Positions 29,013 to 39,811 of a DNA stretch of 64,000 nt are shown one piece after another. Origin of the DNA: Flavobacteriales bacterium (GTDB lineage Bacteria > Bacteroidota > Bacteroidia > Flavobacteriales > UBA7312). The notes under the pieces were generated by a model, which searched no databases, was not told the DNA's origin, and saw only the letters and a program-made list of their open reading frames with translations. Both the position numbers and the translations under genes were made by a program. The first letter of the stretch is position 1. Each line of letters begins with the position of its first letter. The stretch covers positions 99 to 64,098 of the forward strand of contig JADHMO010000005.1 of assembly GCA_016779995.1 (NCBI GenBank), given 5' to 3'.

Positions 29013-30737
29013 TTAGTTCATATTAGCCAACTCTGTTTTGATGAAGTCGGCTAACTCTTTGACATAATCTTGTGAGAAATTAAACTCTATTCCTGCTGTT
29101 TGGTAAAGCTCTCCAATGGATTTAGTATAACCTAATTTTAAAGCTGCATCGTAATTATCTAAAGCGGTTTTTCCTAGCTGTTTGTAACTTCTCCACATAG
29201 CTATTGCTCCCAATTGAGCCATACCATATTCTATATAATAGAAAGGTACTTCGTACAAATGCAATTGTCGTTGCCATATATTCTGATGGGCTTTTTCATG
29301 CCCCTCCCAATTGACTATTGAACTACTTAATTCAGACATAATTTTATCCCATTCGGTACGTCTTTCGTCAGCCGTATGCGGTGTGGTATAAATCCATTGT
29401 TGGAATCTGTCAATAGCTGCAATCCAAGGCAAACCTTCCAAGACTTTTTGCATTTGTTCTTTCTTTGCTCTGTTAAGTTCTTCTTGGTTGTCGTAAAACT
29501 CATCCCATGTATCCATAGATATTAGCTCCATAGACATAGAGGCTAGTTCAGCCACTTCTGAAGGAACGCTTTTGAAATCAGCCAAGGGCAAATCTCTACT
29601 TAAAAAAGAATGAATAGCGTGTCCACCTTCGTGTACCATGGTCACCAAATCTCTTTGCGAACCTACCGCATTCATATAAATAAAAGGAACACCTATCTCA
29701 TACAAAGGGTAATTAAATCCCCCCGGTGCTTTTCCTTCTTTAGACTCCAAATCCAAATGATTCATAGCCTTCATAGTATTTAAACACTCGCCATAATAGG
29801 GGCGTAAACGCTCAAAACAACGGATAGATTTATTGATTAAATCCTGCCCACCTTCAAAAGGTTTGAGAGGGGCTTTGCCACTTGCATCTACTGAGGTGTC
29901 CCAAGGCTTATAATTTTCTAATCCCATCTTGTCCATTCGGCTTTTGTCAAAGTCTTCTATGATAGGTACTATCTCTTTAGCTATAGAATCGTGAAAAGCG
30001 TAGCAGTCTGCTGGGGTATAATCGAAACGTCCCATAGCTGCAAATTTGTAATCTCTGTAATTTTCAAAACCAGCGTTTTTAGCAATTTGTTGACGCAGTG
30101 CTATCAATTCATCAAATAATTGGTCAAGAGCTTCAACATCTTGCAATCGTCTAGCGTTAATAATATTAAACACTTCTTCACGTTTATCTCTATCCGTATC
30201 CTTCAAATACTGAGCTGCTTTTTGCATAGTCATTTTTTGACCATCTATTTCAACAGTCATCTTGGCTGCAATAGCACCATATTCTTGTTGCTTGGTTTCC
30301 ATTTCAACCATCAAAGGAATATTTTCTTCTCTATATATTTCAATAGCTTTTTGCAAACCTCTAAGGTATATGCGGTATTTTTCATTGTCCAATTCTTTCA
30401 AATATGGACTGTTATTAAGTTTTACATTTAATTGATGTGAAAAAGGAGCTACTTTGGGAGATATCTCTTGAATCCAAAAAGCAAAATCTTTAGCTAATTT
30501 TTGGTCTGTGGTATCAATGTTCATCTTGATGTATCTCCAAGCCTGTTCTTCCTCCAAAACGGATTCTAATTCACTCCTATTGAGCATCCATTGCTCCAAG
30601 TCAGTTACAGAATTAATCTCTCTAGCCAATAAGGATTTAAAATAAACTTCAATTTTTTCCCAACTATCAACCATTAAATTTTCATCAATAAATTGTCTTT
30701 TTGGTCGAGTTGGTATTTTTGCAGTATTACTTTCCAT
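29013..30737 (-). CDS. M3 family oligoendopeptidase (PepF-like)
   Basis: 574 aa. Zinc motif VHEGGHAIHS with a downstream Glu (EVAELASM). Confidence 0.9.
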   Translation of the reverse strand: MESNTAKIPTRPKRQFIDENLMVDSWEKIEVYFKSLLAREINSVTDLEQWMLNRSELESVLEEEQAWRYIKMNIDTTDQKLAKDFAFWIQEISPKVAPFSHQLNVKLNNSPYLKELDNEKYRIYLRGLQKAIEIYREENIPLMVEMETKQQEYGAIAAKMTVEIDGQKMTMQKAAQYLKDTDRDKREEVFNIINARRLQDVEALDQLFDELIALRQQIAKNAGFENYRDYKFAAMGRFDYTPADCYAFHDSIAKEIVPIIEDFDKSRMDKMGLENYKPWDTSVDASGKAPLKPFEGGQDLINKSIRCFERLRPYYGECLNTMKAMNHLDLESKEGKAPGGFNYPLYEIGVPFIYMNAVGSQRDLVTMVHEGGHAIHSFLSRDLPLADFKSVPSEVAELASMSMELISMDTWDEFYDNQEELNRAKKEQMQKVLEGLPWIAAIDRFQQWIYTTPHTADERRTEWDKIMSELSSSIVNWEGHEKAHQNIWQRQLHLYEVPFYYIEYGMAQLGAIAMWRSYKQLGKTALDNYDAALKLGYTKSIGELYQTAGIEFNFSQDYVKELADFIKTELANMN

Positions 30738-30744
30738 AATGGTT

Positions 30745-31170
30745 TTATTTATCTTCTTTAACTTCTTTTTTAGCAGTTTCTTTTTTTGGCAGTTCTATCA
30801 ATCCTTGTTCGTGTAAGATATTGTACCACTGTGCTAATTTTTTAATATCAGAATGGTAAACTTGGTCTTCATCAAACTCAGGTAAAACGGTTCTCATCCA
30901 AGTAAACATTTCATCTTTTGGCGACTTGTGGCTTAAACAAGCTCCTCCGTTTTCTTTAACAGCAATAGCATCAAAAATATCACTTAATGGCACAGTATCA
31001 GAATAGGTATATATGCCAATATCTTCTAAAGCACTAACTTGATGAGAAGCGTAAAGTGGCATTCTCTTTTTATCAATTAATGACTCTACAACAATGGTGT
31101 TTTTGGCTTGACTTATCATCTTGAAAAGACCTGGTTTTCCAGCAATGGATAAAATTCCTTCTAAGTTCAT
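30745..31170 (-). CDS. Conserved Bacteroidota hypothetical protein (DUF5606-like)
   Basis: 141 aa. N-terminus LEGILSIAGKPGLFKMISQAKNTIVVESL, as I recall for DUF5606. Lys/Glu-rich tail. Confidence 0.7.
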   Translation of the reverse strand: MNLEGILSIAGKPGLFKMISQAKNTIVVESLIDKKRMPLYASHQVSALEDIGIYTYSDTVPLSDIFDAIAVKENGGACLSHKSPKDEMFTWMRTVLPEFDEDQVYHSDIKKLAQWYNILHEQGLIELPKKETAKKEVKEDK

Positions 31171-31231
31171 AATGTAAAAAATTAGGCTAGCAAAGCTACA
31201 CTTTTCACATTAGGGGTGCAATAATTAAAAT

Positions 31232-31681
31232 CTAATTTTGATATTCTGGAATTTCCTTTAAAAAATCAAAAGAAGCTGTGTCATAATTCATTTGACAGCA
31301 ATAGTGCTCTAAGCCATTGGAAACCATCAAATAGGGTACTTTTAAATCAAAATTATAACGTGCTATTTGCTCAAAAACTTTTTGGCTAATCTTGACACTA
31401 GGAGCTTTACATTCTACTATAACTATGGGCTGAGCTGAGGTATCAAAACATACAATGTCGGCTCGTTTTTTCATGCCATTATACACCAATGCATGTTCTA
31501 CAGACATCAAAGATATTGGGTATTTTTTAAAGACACAGAGGTAATGCACCAAATGTTGTCTTACCCACTCCTCAGGTGTCAGTTTGATGTATTTTTTCCT
31601 AACTTCATCAAAAATATATTCGGAACCTTCAATCCGTTTAAGTTTGAAGTCGTATTTTGGCAGGTTTAAATTAACTAGCAT
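31232..31681 (-). CDS. HsdR-N-like (PD-(D/E)xK fold) domain protein
   Basis: Start set at MLVNLNLPKYDFKLK (ATG at 31681), which removes the overlap with holA. The motif ADIVCFD...IVIVECK fits a PD-(D/E)xK nuclease core. Confidence 0.75.
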   Translation of the reverse strand: MLVNLNLPKYDFKLKRIEGSEYIFDEVRKKYIKLTPEEWVRQHLVHYLCVFKKYPISLMSVEHALVYNGMKKRADIVCFDTSAQPIVIVECKAPSVKISQKVFEQIARYNFDLKVPYLMVSNGLEHYCCQMNYDTASFDFLKEIPEYQN

Positions 31682-31698
31682 AGTAATAGCACAAAGAA

Positions 31699-32697
31699 AT
31701 GAATTTTGAAGCAATCCTATCGGACTTAAAAGCAAAAAAATATCAGCCCGTGTATTTTTTAATGGGTGAAGAAAGCTATTACATAGACTACATCAGTGAT
31801 TATATCAGTAGCGAAGTACTTAACGATACAGAAAAAGAATTTAATCAAACGGTATTGTATGCTAAAGATATTGATGTTCAAACCGTAATTTCTACTGCCA
31901 AACAATTTCCATTTATGGGTGAGCGTATGGTAGTTATTGTCAAAGAAGCTCAACAGCTCAAAAAAATAGAAGAGATAGAGAACTACCTCAACAGTCCTCA
32001 AGAATCAACCGTTCTTGTTTTTTGCCACAAATACAAATCTCTAGACAAGCGCAAAAGCATTTACAAGACCTTATCCAAAAAAGCAGTCCTTTTTGAAAGC
32101 AAAAAATTGTACGACAATCAAGTTCCAGCGTGGGTAGCAAACTACCTTTCCTCCAAGCAATATAAAATTGGACACAAGGCTTCTCACCTTATCGCTGAAT
32201 ATTTGGGAAACGATTTGAATAAAATCAGCAACGAACTGGATAAACTGATGATTATTACACCACCCAATAGTGAGATTACGTCAGAAAGTATTGAGGTAAA
32301 TATCGGCATCAGTAAAGACTACAACAATTTTGAATTGACAAATGCTCTAGCAAAAAAGGATATTCTAAAATCTAATCGCATTGCCAACTTTTTTGCTCAA
32401 AACCCCAAAGACAATCCCTTGGTTGTTAGCGTTGGCGTTATTTTTAATTTCTTCCAAAAAGTATTGTTGTACCATACTCTGACAGACAAGTCGAGCAATA
32501 ATACGGCACGAGTGCTGAAAGTAAATCCTTACTTCATTAAAGATTATCAAATGGCAGCCATGAATTATAGCAAAAGAAAGTCCATGGAAATAATTGGACT
32601 GTGCAGAACGTACGACATGAAATCTAAAGGCGTAGATAATCATTCCATAAATGACGGCGAATTGTTAAAAGAATTTTTGTTCAAAATTCTACATTAA
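31699..32697 (+). CDS. holA: DNA polymerase III delta subunit
   Basis: 332 aa. N-terminal pattern KYQPVYFLMGEESYYID, with length and helical C-terminal domain typical of HolA. Confidence 0.85.
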   Translation: MNFEAILSDLKAKKYQPVYFLMGEESYYIDYISDYISSEVLNDTEKEFNQTVLYAKDIDVQTVISTAKQFPFMGERMVVIVKEAQQLKKIEEIENYLNSPQESTVLVFCHKYKSLDKRKSIYKTLSKKAVLFESKKLYDNQVPAWVANYLSSKQYKIGHKASHLIAEYLGNDLNKISNELDKLMIITPPNSEITSESIEVNIGISKDYNNFELTNALAKKDILKSNRIANFFAQNPKDNPLVVSVGVIFNFFQKVLLYHTLTDKSSNNTARVLKVNPYFIKDYQMAAMNYSKRKSMEIIGLCRTYDMKSKGVDNHSINDGELLKEFLFKILH

Positions 32698-32703
32698 AAA
32701 CAA

Positions 32704-32711
32704 TACCTTTG
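32704..32711 (+). promoter_or_regulatory. Bacteroidota -7 promoter box (TACCTTTG) for the TonB-dependent receptor gene
   Basis: Exact TAnnTTTG 17 nt upstream of the ATG at 32729. Confidence 0.4.
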
Positions 32712-32728
32712 CCCCCTCAAATTGATTG

Positions 32729-34978
32729 ATGAAAACTAAACTAACTTTTCTACTATTACTTTTTGCTCAACTTACGCTTTTTGCTCAAAAAGGGAGTGTT
32801 AGAGGCTTCGTATATGACAAAGAAAACGGAGAGCCCATTATGTTCTGTAATGTAATTTTAGAAGGTAAGTCGATAGGAGCATCTACGGACGTTAATGGTT
32901 TTTTTAATATCACCAATGTACCCTTAGGAAATCACACTTTATTCGTGACCTATGTAGGTTACGACACCCTACGTCAAGCAATCAACATAAAAGATAATCA
33001 AATACTTAACCAAAAGTTAGAAATTTCACCGTCATCGGTACAGATAAAAACCGTCACCGTATCTGCCGATAAACTAGAAATGAAAACTGAAGTCAAGGTA
33101 TCAGTCACCAAGATTACCCCAAAAGATATTAAGTTAATTCCTGCAATTGGAGGCGAACCCGATTTGGCCCAATACTTACAGGTATTACCTGGAGTGGTAT
33201 TTACTGGCGACCAAGGAGGACAACTATACATCAGAGGAGGTTCTCCCATACAAAACAAGGTTTTACTTGATGGTATGATTGTTTACAATCCCTTTCACTC
33301 TATTGGTTTATTCTCCGTGTTTGATACAGATTTAATACGAAATGCTGACATATATACTGGAGGCTTTGGAGCACAATATGGTGGACGTATTTCTTCCATT
33401 ATGGATATCACTACCAAAGACGGTAATAAAAATAGATTGGCTGGAAAAGTATCAACCAATAGCTTTGGTAGTAAGCTAATGCTAGAAGGTCCATTCTTTA
33501 AAAAAGGTGGCAATGCATCTTTCATACTTTCAGCCAAAACATCTTATCTTGATAAAAGCTCAAAACTACTTTACACCTATATAGATACGGCTGGTTTGCC
33601 ATACAGTTATACCGATTTGTACGGTAAAATTTCTGTCAATAGTAGTAGCGGAAGTAAATGGAGCATGTTTGGCTATAACTACAGAGACAAAGTAAGTTAT
33701 AGAGACGTATCCAATTTAGGTTGGAATTCAGGGGGTATCGGTAGCAGCTTTATACTTGTACCCTCAGGAACTTCAACAATAATAGAAGGTACATTTGCTT
33801 ATTCTTCTTATCTCATTCGTCTGGAAGAAGCCGTATTAAACCCTAGACAAAGTGGCGTTAATGGCTTTAACTTAGGGTTGAACTTTACGAGCTTTAATAA
33901 CGAAAATGAATTGCAATATGGACTTGAAGTTTTAGGCTATCAAACTGATTTTGACTTCACCAATGCTACAGGTTTAAAAACAGAGCAAAAAGAAAATTCA
34001 ACTGAGCTATCGGGTTTTCTAAGATATAAAATCAAAACCCAAAAGCTCATCCTAGATCCTGGGGTTAGAATTTACAAATACAATTCTTTAGGTGCTACAT
34101 TTGAACCTAGACTAGGCGCAAAATTTCTAGCTACTGACAATCTGCGTTTAAAATTAGCGGCAGGAAGATATTCTCAAAATTTAGTGAGCACCAACTCGGA
34201 CCAAGATGTAGTGAACTTATTTTATGGTTTCCTTTCTGCCCCAGACAATTTACCCGATGAATTTAAAGGCGAAGAAGTCGTCAATGGATTACAATTGGCG
34301 AACCACCTAATTCTTGGCGTAGAATATGATATCTCATCAAAGATTGACTTCAACCTAGAAGGCTATATCAAAGACTTTACCCAACTGACGAACATCAACA
34401 AAGAAAAAATTACCCTATCTGACCCAGACTTTATTATAGAACAAGGATTAGCAAAAGGGGTTGATGTAGTACTAAAATATAACGACCCTAAATTCTATTT
34501 TTGGTTGGTTTACTCCCTTGGTCATATCACTAGAACAGGAGAAAATATAGAATACAACCCCCATTTCGACAGAAGACACAACCTAAACTTAGTCAGCACT
34601 TATAAGTTTGGTGCAGAAAACAATTGGAGTTTAGATGCCCGTTGGAATATCGGTTCAGGCTTTCCTTTTACCCAAACACAAGGCTTCTACCCCTCACTTG
34701 ACTTTTCTGATGGCATTAATACCAACTACACATCAGAGAGTGGCGAATTAGGAATTATCTATGCTGGACTAAATCAAGGCAGATTACCTTGGTATCATCG
34801 CTTGGATATTGCATTAAAGAAACAACAGAAATTGAGTAAATACTCTACTTTCGAATGGAATGTTGGGGTTACTAATGTGTACAACAGAGAAAATATATTT
34901 TATTTCAACAGAATAGAATATAAGCGAGTTAACCAATTACCATTTATGCCTAGTGTAGGTTTGAGTTTAACTTTTTAG
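32729..34978 (+). CDS. TonB-dependent receptor with CarboxypepD_reg-like N-terminal domain
   Basis: Signal peptide, then GSVRGFVYDKENGEPIMFCNVILEG (carboxypeptidase-regulatory-like), plug region (GGEPDLAQYLQVLPGV, IRGG), a long beta-barrel, and terminal ..VGLSLTF. ATG at 32729 preferred over the TTG at 32726. Confidence 0.9.
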   Translation: MKTKLTFLLLLFAQLTLFAQKGSVRGFVYDKENGEPIMFCNVILEGKSIGASTDVNGFFNITNVPLGNHTLFVTYVGYDTLRQAINIKDNQILNQKLEISPSSVQIKTVTVSADKLEMKTEVKVSVTKITPKDIKLIPAIGGEPDLAQYLQVLPGVVFTGDQGGQLYIRGGSPIQNKVLLDGMIVYNPFHSIGLFSVFDTDLIRNADIYTGGFGAQYGGRISSIMDITTKDGNKNRLAGKVSTNSFGSKLMLEGPFFKKGGNASFILSAKTSYLDKSSKLLYTYIDTAGLPYSYTDLYGKISVNSSSGSKWSMFGYNYRDKVSYRDVSNLGWNSGGIGSSFILVPSGTSTIIEGTFAYSSYLIRLEEAVLNPRQSGVNGFNLGLNFTSFNNENELQYGLEVLGYQTDFDFTNATGLKTEQKENSTELSGFLRYKIKTQKLILDPGVRIYKYNSLGATFEPRLGAKFLATDNLRLKLAAGRYSQNLVSTNSDQDVVNLFYGFLSAPDNLPDEFKGEEVVNGLQLANHLILGVEYDISSKIDFNLEGYIKDFTQLTNINKEKITLSDPDFIIEQGLAKGVDVVLKYNDPKFYFWLVYSLGHITRTGENIEYNPHFDRRHNLNLVSTYKFGAENNWSLDARWNIGSGFPFTQTQGFYPSLDFSDGINTNYTSESGELGIIYAGLNQGRLPWYHRLDIALKKQQKLSKYSTFEWNVGVTNVYNRENIFYFNRIEYKRVNQLPFMPSVGLSLTF

Positions 34979-35012
34979 AAAAAATCTATTTTCATCTTAG
35001 ATTTTCTTTTAA

Positions 35013-36677
<1,665 letters not shown>

Positions 36678-36680
36678 ACA

Positions 36681-38492
36681 ATGGACAGAAATTCCATAAC
36701 AGGCGTCATTTTAATTGTACTAATAGTAGTTGGCTACAATGCCCTATTCCCACCAGTAATTGAAGTTGAAGCAGAAACATCTGACAACAACAACACTACT
36801 GTTATTGTAGAAGAAGCCACTGTTAATGAAGAAACGAATACTATTATTGTTTCAGACACTACTGAACTCAATGATTTACACCAACGTACATTTGGTGTAT
36901 TTGCTCCGTCGGCACAGGGTAGCGATGAAGACATCGTTATTGAAAATGATGTTTTGAAATTATCCATTTCACCTAAAGGAGGACGAATAGTTTCTGCTAT
37001 TTTGAAAGATTATCAAACTACTGATTCTTTACCCCTAAATCTTGTCGATAGAGATTCTTCGGCCTTTAACATCACATTCTTTTCTGAAGGAAATCGTATT
37101 ATAAATACCCAAGACTTATATTTCAAATCAGTAGATAAATCAGACCGTTCTGTCGCTATGCGTATGATGGCGTCTAATGGTGGATATTTGGAATACGTTT
37201 ACCAACTCAATGACGGCGATTACATGATGGACTTCAATGTAAATACTGTTGGTTTAGAGAAAATTATCCCTTCCAATCGCAATGATTTAGAGTTAAAATG
37301 GTCTATCAATTTGCCTAGTACTGAAAAGAGTATAGAAAATGAAAGAATGTATTCTACAGTTTACTACAAATACCTCAACGACGAAGTAGATTACCTTTCA
37401 GAAACTAAAGATGATGAGGAAAGTTTAGAAGGAAAAGCCCAATGGATTGGACTTAAACACCAATTCTTTAGCTCAGTACTTATCAATAATGACGGTTTCG
37501 AAAAACCGACTTCAGTAAAAACCACAACTAAAGAAAGTTCGACAAATTTTGTGAAAAATCTTGAGGTAGAAACTCAACTGGCATACAATCATAATTCTAG
37601 AGAAAGTATACCCTTAAAATTGTACTTAGGTCCTAACCACTACGAAACACTTTCAGCCTATAATATGGATTTGGAAAGAATGATACCTTTAGGTTGGGGT
37701 ATCTTCAGATGGGTTAATAAATATGCTGTTATTCCTATTTTTAATTGGTTAGACAACAGTATAACCAATTACGGTATCATCATTTTAATAATGACTTTCA
37801 TCATTAAGATGGCTCTAGCACCATTTACATTGAAGGCTTACAAATCACAAGCTAAAATGAAGGTTCTAAAACCTGAAATTGATAAAATTACCGAAAAGCA
37901 TAAAGATAAAGATCCGATGAAAGCGCAACAAGCTACTATGGCACTTTACAAAAAAGCTGGAGTTAACCCTCTTGGAGGTTGTATCCCCATGCTATTACAG
38001 ATGCCTATTTTATTTGCATTGTTCCGTTTCTTCCCTGCTAGTATAGAACTTCGTCAAAAATCCTTTTTGTGGGCAACGGATTTATCCACTTACGATTCGG
38101 TTCTTGATTTACCGTTTGAGATTCCGTTTTATGGCGACCATGTTAGTTTGTTTACTCTACTTATGACTATTTCTACATTGTTATATACCAGAATGAATAG
38201 TCAGATGAGTGGACCACAAATGGCACAAATGAAGTGGATGATGTACCTCATGCCAATCATGTTCTTGGGCTTCTTCAACAACTATGCTGCTGGATTGAGT
38301 TATTACTATTTCCTAGCCAATATGGTAACCTTTGGACAGCAATTTGTAATGAGAAAATATTTCATTAACGAAGATGAAATTTTGGCTCAAATAGAGAATA
38401 ACAAGAAAAAGCCTGTTAAGAAATCTAAATTCCAAAAGCGTTTGGAAGATATGGCTAAGAAACAACAAGAAGCTGCCAATAAAAGAAGGTAG
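36681..38492 (+). CDS. yidC: Membrane protein insertase YidC
   Basis: 603 aa. N-terminal TM helix, a large periplasmic domain, then the conserved core (KMKVLKPEIDKI..GVNPLGGCIPMLLQMPILFALF). Basic C-terminal tail. Confidence 0.95.
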   Translation: MDRNSITGVILIVLIVVGYNALFPPVIEVEAETSDNNNTTVIVEEATVNEETNTIIVSDTTELNDLHQRTFGVFAPSAQGSDEDIVIENDVLKLSISPKGGRIVSAILKDYQTTDSLPLNLVDRDSSAFNITFFSEGNRIINTQDLYFKSVDKSDRSVAMRMMASNGGYLEYVYQLNDGDYMMDFNVNTVGLEKIIPSNRNDLELKWSINLPSTEKSIENERMYSTVYYKYLNDEVDYLSETKDDEESLEGKAQWIGLKHQFFSSVLINNDGFEKPTSVKTTTKESSTNFVKNLEVETQLAYNHNSRESIPLKLYLGPNHYETLSAYNMDLERMIPLGWGIFRWVNKYAVIPIFNWLDNSITNYGIIILIMTFIIKMALAPFTLKAYKSQAKMKVLKPEIDKITEKHKDKDPMKAQQATMALYKKAGVNPLGGCIPMLLQMPILFALFRFFPASIELRQKSFLWATDLSTYDSVLDLPFEIPFYGDHVSLFTLLMTISTLLYTRMNSQMSGPQMAQMKWMMYLMPIMFLGFFNNYAAGLSYYYFLANMVTFGQQFVMRKYFINEDEILAQIENNKKKPVKKSKFQKRLEDMAKKQQEAANKRR

Positions 38493-38493
38493 T

Positions 38494-39222
38494 TTAGGAG
38501 ATTAAATCTAAGAACATCTGCATCGATTTTCTTTTCTCATCAGTCAAATCGTAATTTATCACTTCAGTGAGGTATTTCGTTTTATCAATTTGAGTATCAA
38601 AATCTTCTGACTTTTCTGATAAAGCTAAGTCTAAATTAGAAATACCGTATTGTAAAGCAGAAGAAAAGGCTTTTTTGAAAGACGAATCTAAAGGTTTATT
38701 ACTCACCCAACAGGCAAAGACAAAAGGCAATCCACTGAATTTTTTCCATTCTTCAGATAAATCATAAACAAATGGAAAACTATCTCTGTAATTGTAAGCC
38801 CTATCTCCTATTATGACACCAGCCGTATTACCCTGAATATTGGACTCGAAATCTACATCTGATTTTTTAAACTTAGGCTGTATTTTCCAAAAGTGTTTGG
38901 ATAATAATTGAACGAGTGCATTTGAAGTCCGTGAATGATAATCCAACAATATGGTATCAATCTGTTCTAAAGGCACTTCACTAAATAAGCAAACAGTCTG
39001 CACAGCCCCATCAGAAGAAATACAATAAGGACTTACTACATCAGCATAATCTAAAGTAGGAATAACTGCAATAGGCAATAAGGCTAAGTCCACCTCATTA
39101 TTTTGTAACTTTTGCCCACATACCGAAGGAATTTCTAGTGATAAATCTACTTCTATACCACTATTTTCTAAACCATAAACAAATGGAATACTATTTAAGT
39201 ACGAAACTGAACAAACTTTCAA
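38494..39222 (-). CDS. mqnA: Chorismate dehydratase MqnA (futalosine menaquinone pathway)
   Basis: 242 aa. N-terminus KVCSVSYLNSIPFVYGL, typical of MqnA (SYLN.xP). TTG start lies inside the 3' end of the upstream DUF456 gene. Confidence 0.8.
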   Translation of the reverse strand: MKVCSVSYLNSIPFVYGLENSGIEVDLSLEIPSVCGQKLQNNEVDLALLPIAVIPTLDYADVVSPYCISSDGAVQTVCLFSEVPLEQIDTILLDYHSRTSNALVQLLSKHFWKIQPKFKKSDVDFESNIQGNTAGVIIGDRAYNYRDSFPFVYDLSEEWKKFSGLPFVFACWVSNKPLDSSFKKAFSSALQYGISNLDLALSEKSEDFDTQIDKTKYLTEVINYDLTDEKRKSMQMFLDLIS

Positions 39223-39706
39223 AATATACTTGTATTGTTAAATAAAATTCTCGAATGAGATAAAAGCAAACGACTAACTTTAGAACTAAACCGCCAATGA
39301 AACCAATCAAGGCTCCAGATGAAATTTTAATGACTTTAATAATATCGTCTTTTTCGTCCAAATAAGCACCAATTAATGCTCCAACAAAAGGACCAACTAT
39401 AAAACCGAAAGGTATTGGTGCAAATATCCCAACCAATAAGCCTATCATCGTTCCATTAACTGCTTTTTTAGTCCCTCCGAATTTTTTGACACCATAAATC
39501 TGTAACCAAAAATCAGCGATAGTTACTAAAACTACTATGCCTGCCCACTGCCAAAGAAAATCATCTGAACATTTGTAATCTGTAAAAGCAGTTAGAATTA
39601 ATAAAGCAATATATGCTAGTGGAGGACCAGGAACAACAGGAACAAAACAACCTAATAAGCCAAGTAAAAGTAAAATGGCACAAATAATGATAATTAGAGT
39701 TGTCAT
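39191..39706 (-). CDS. DUF456-like small membrane protein
   Basis: Four predicted TM helices. Start set at MTTLIIIICAILLL (ATG at 39706). Overlaps the mqnA start by 32 nt. Confidence 0.7.
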   Translation of the reverse strand: MTTLIIIICAILLLLGLLGCFVPVVPGPPLAYIALLILTAFTDYKCSDDFLWQWAGIVVLVTIADFWLQIYGVKKFGGTKKAVNGTMIGLLVGIFAPIPFGFIVGPFVGALIGAYLDEKDDIIKVIKISSGALIGFIGGLVLKLVVCFYLIREFYLTIQVYFESLFSFVLK

Positions 39707-39811
39707 GGTGCAAAAATACGAATTTACAATCGTAAAAATCACAAATTAAAGCTGCTTATATGACTATATTTTATTAAACTTGCTAAGCTAATAACCAGTC
39801 TAAAATTTACA

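Noticed and set aside
31232-31681. The HsdR-N-like protein as evidence of a type I restriction-modification system.
   Set aside because: It is only a 149-aa stand-alone PD-(D/E)xK-like domain. No hsdM, hsdS or helicase gene is nearby. As far as I recall, this small protein next to holA is a conserved Bacteroidota arrangement rather than a defence locus.
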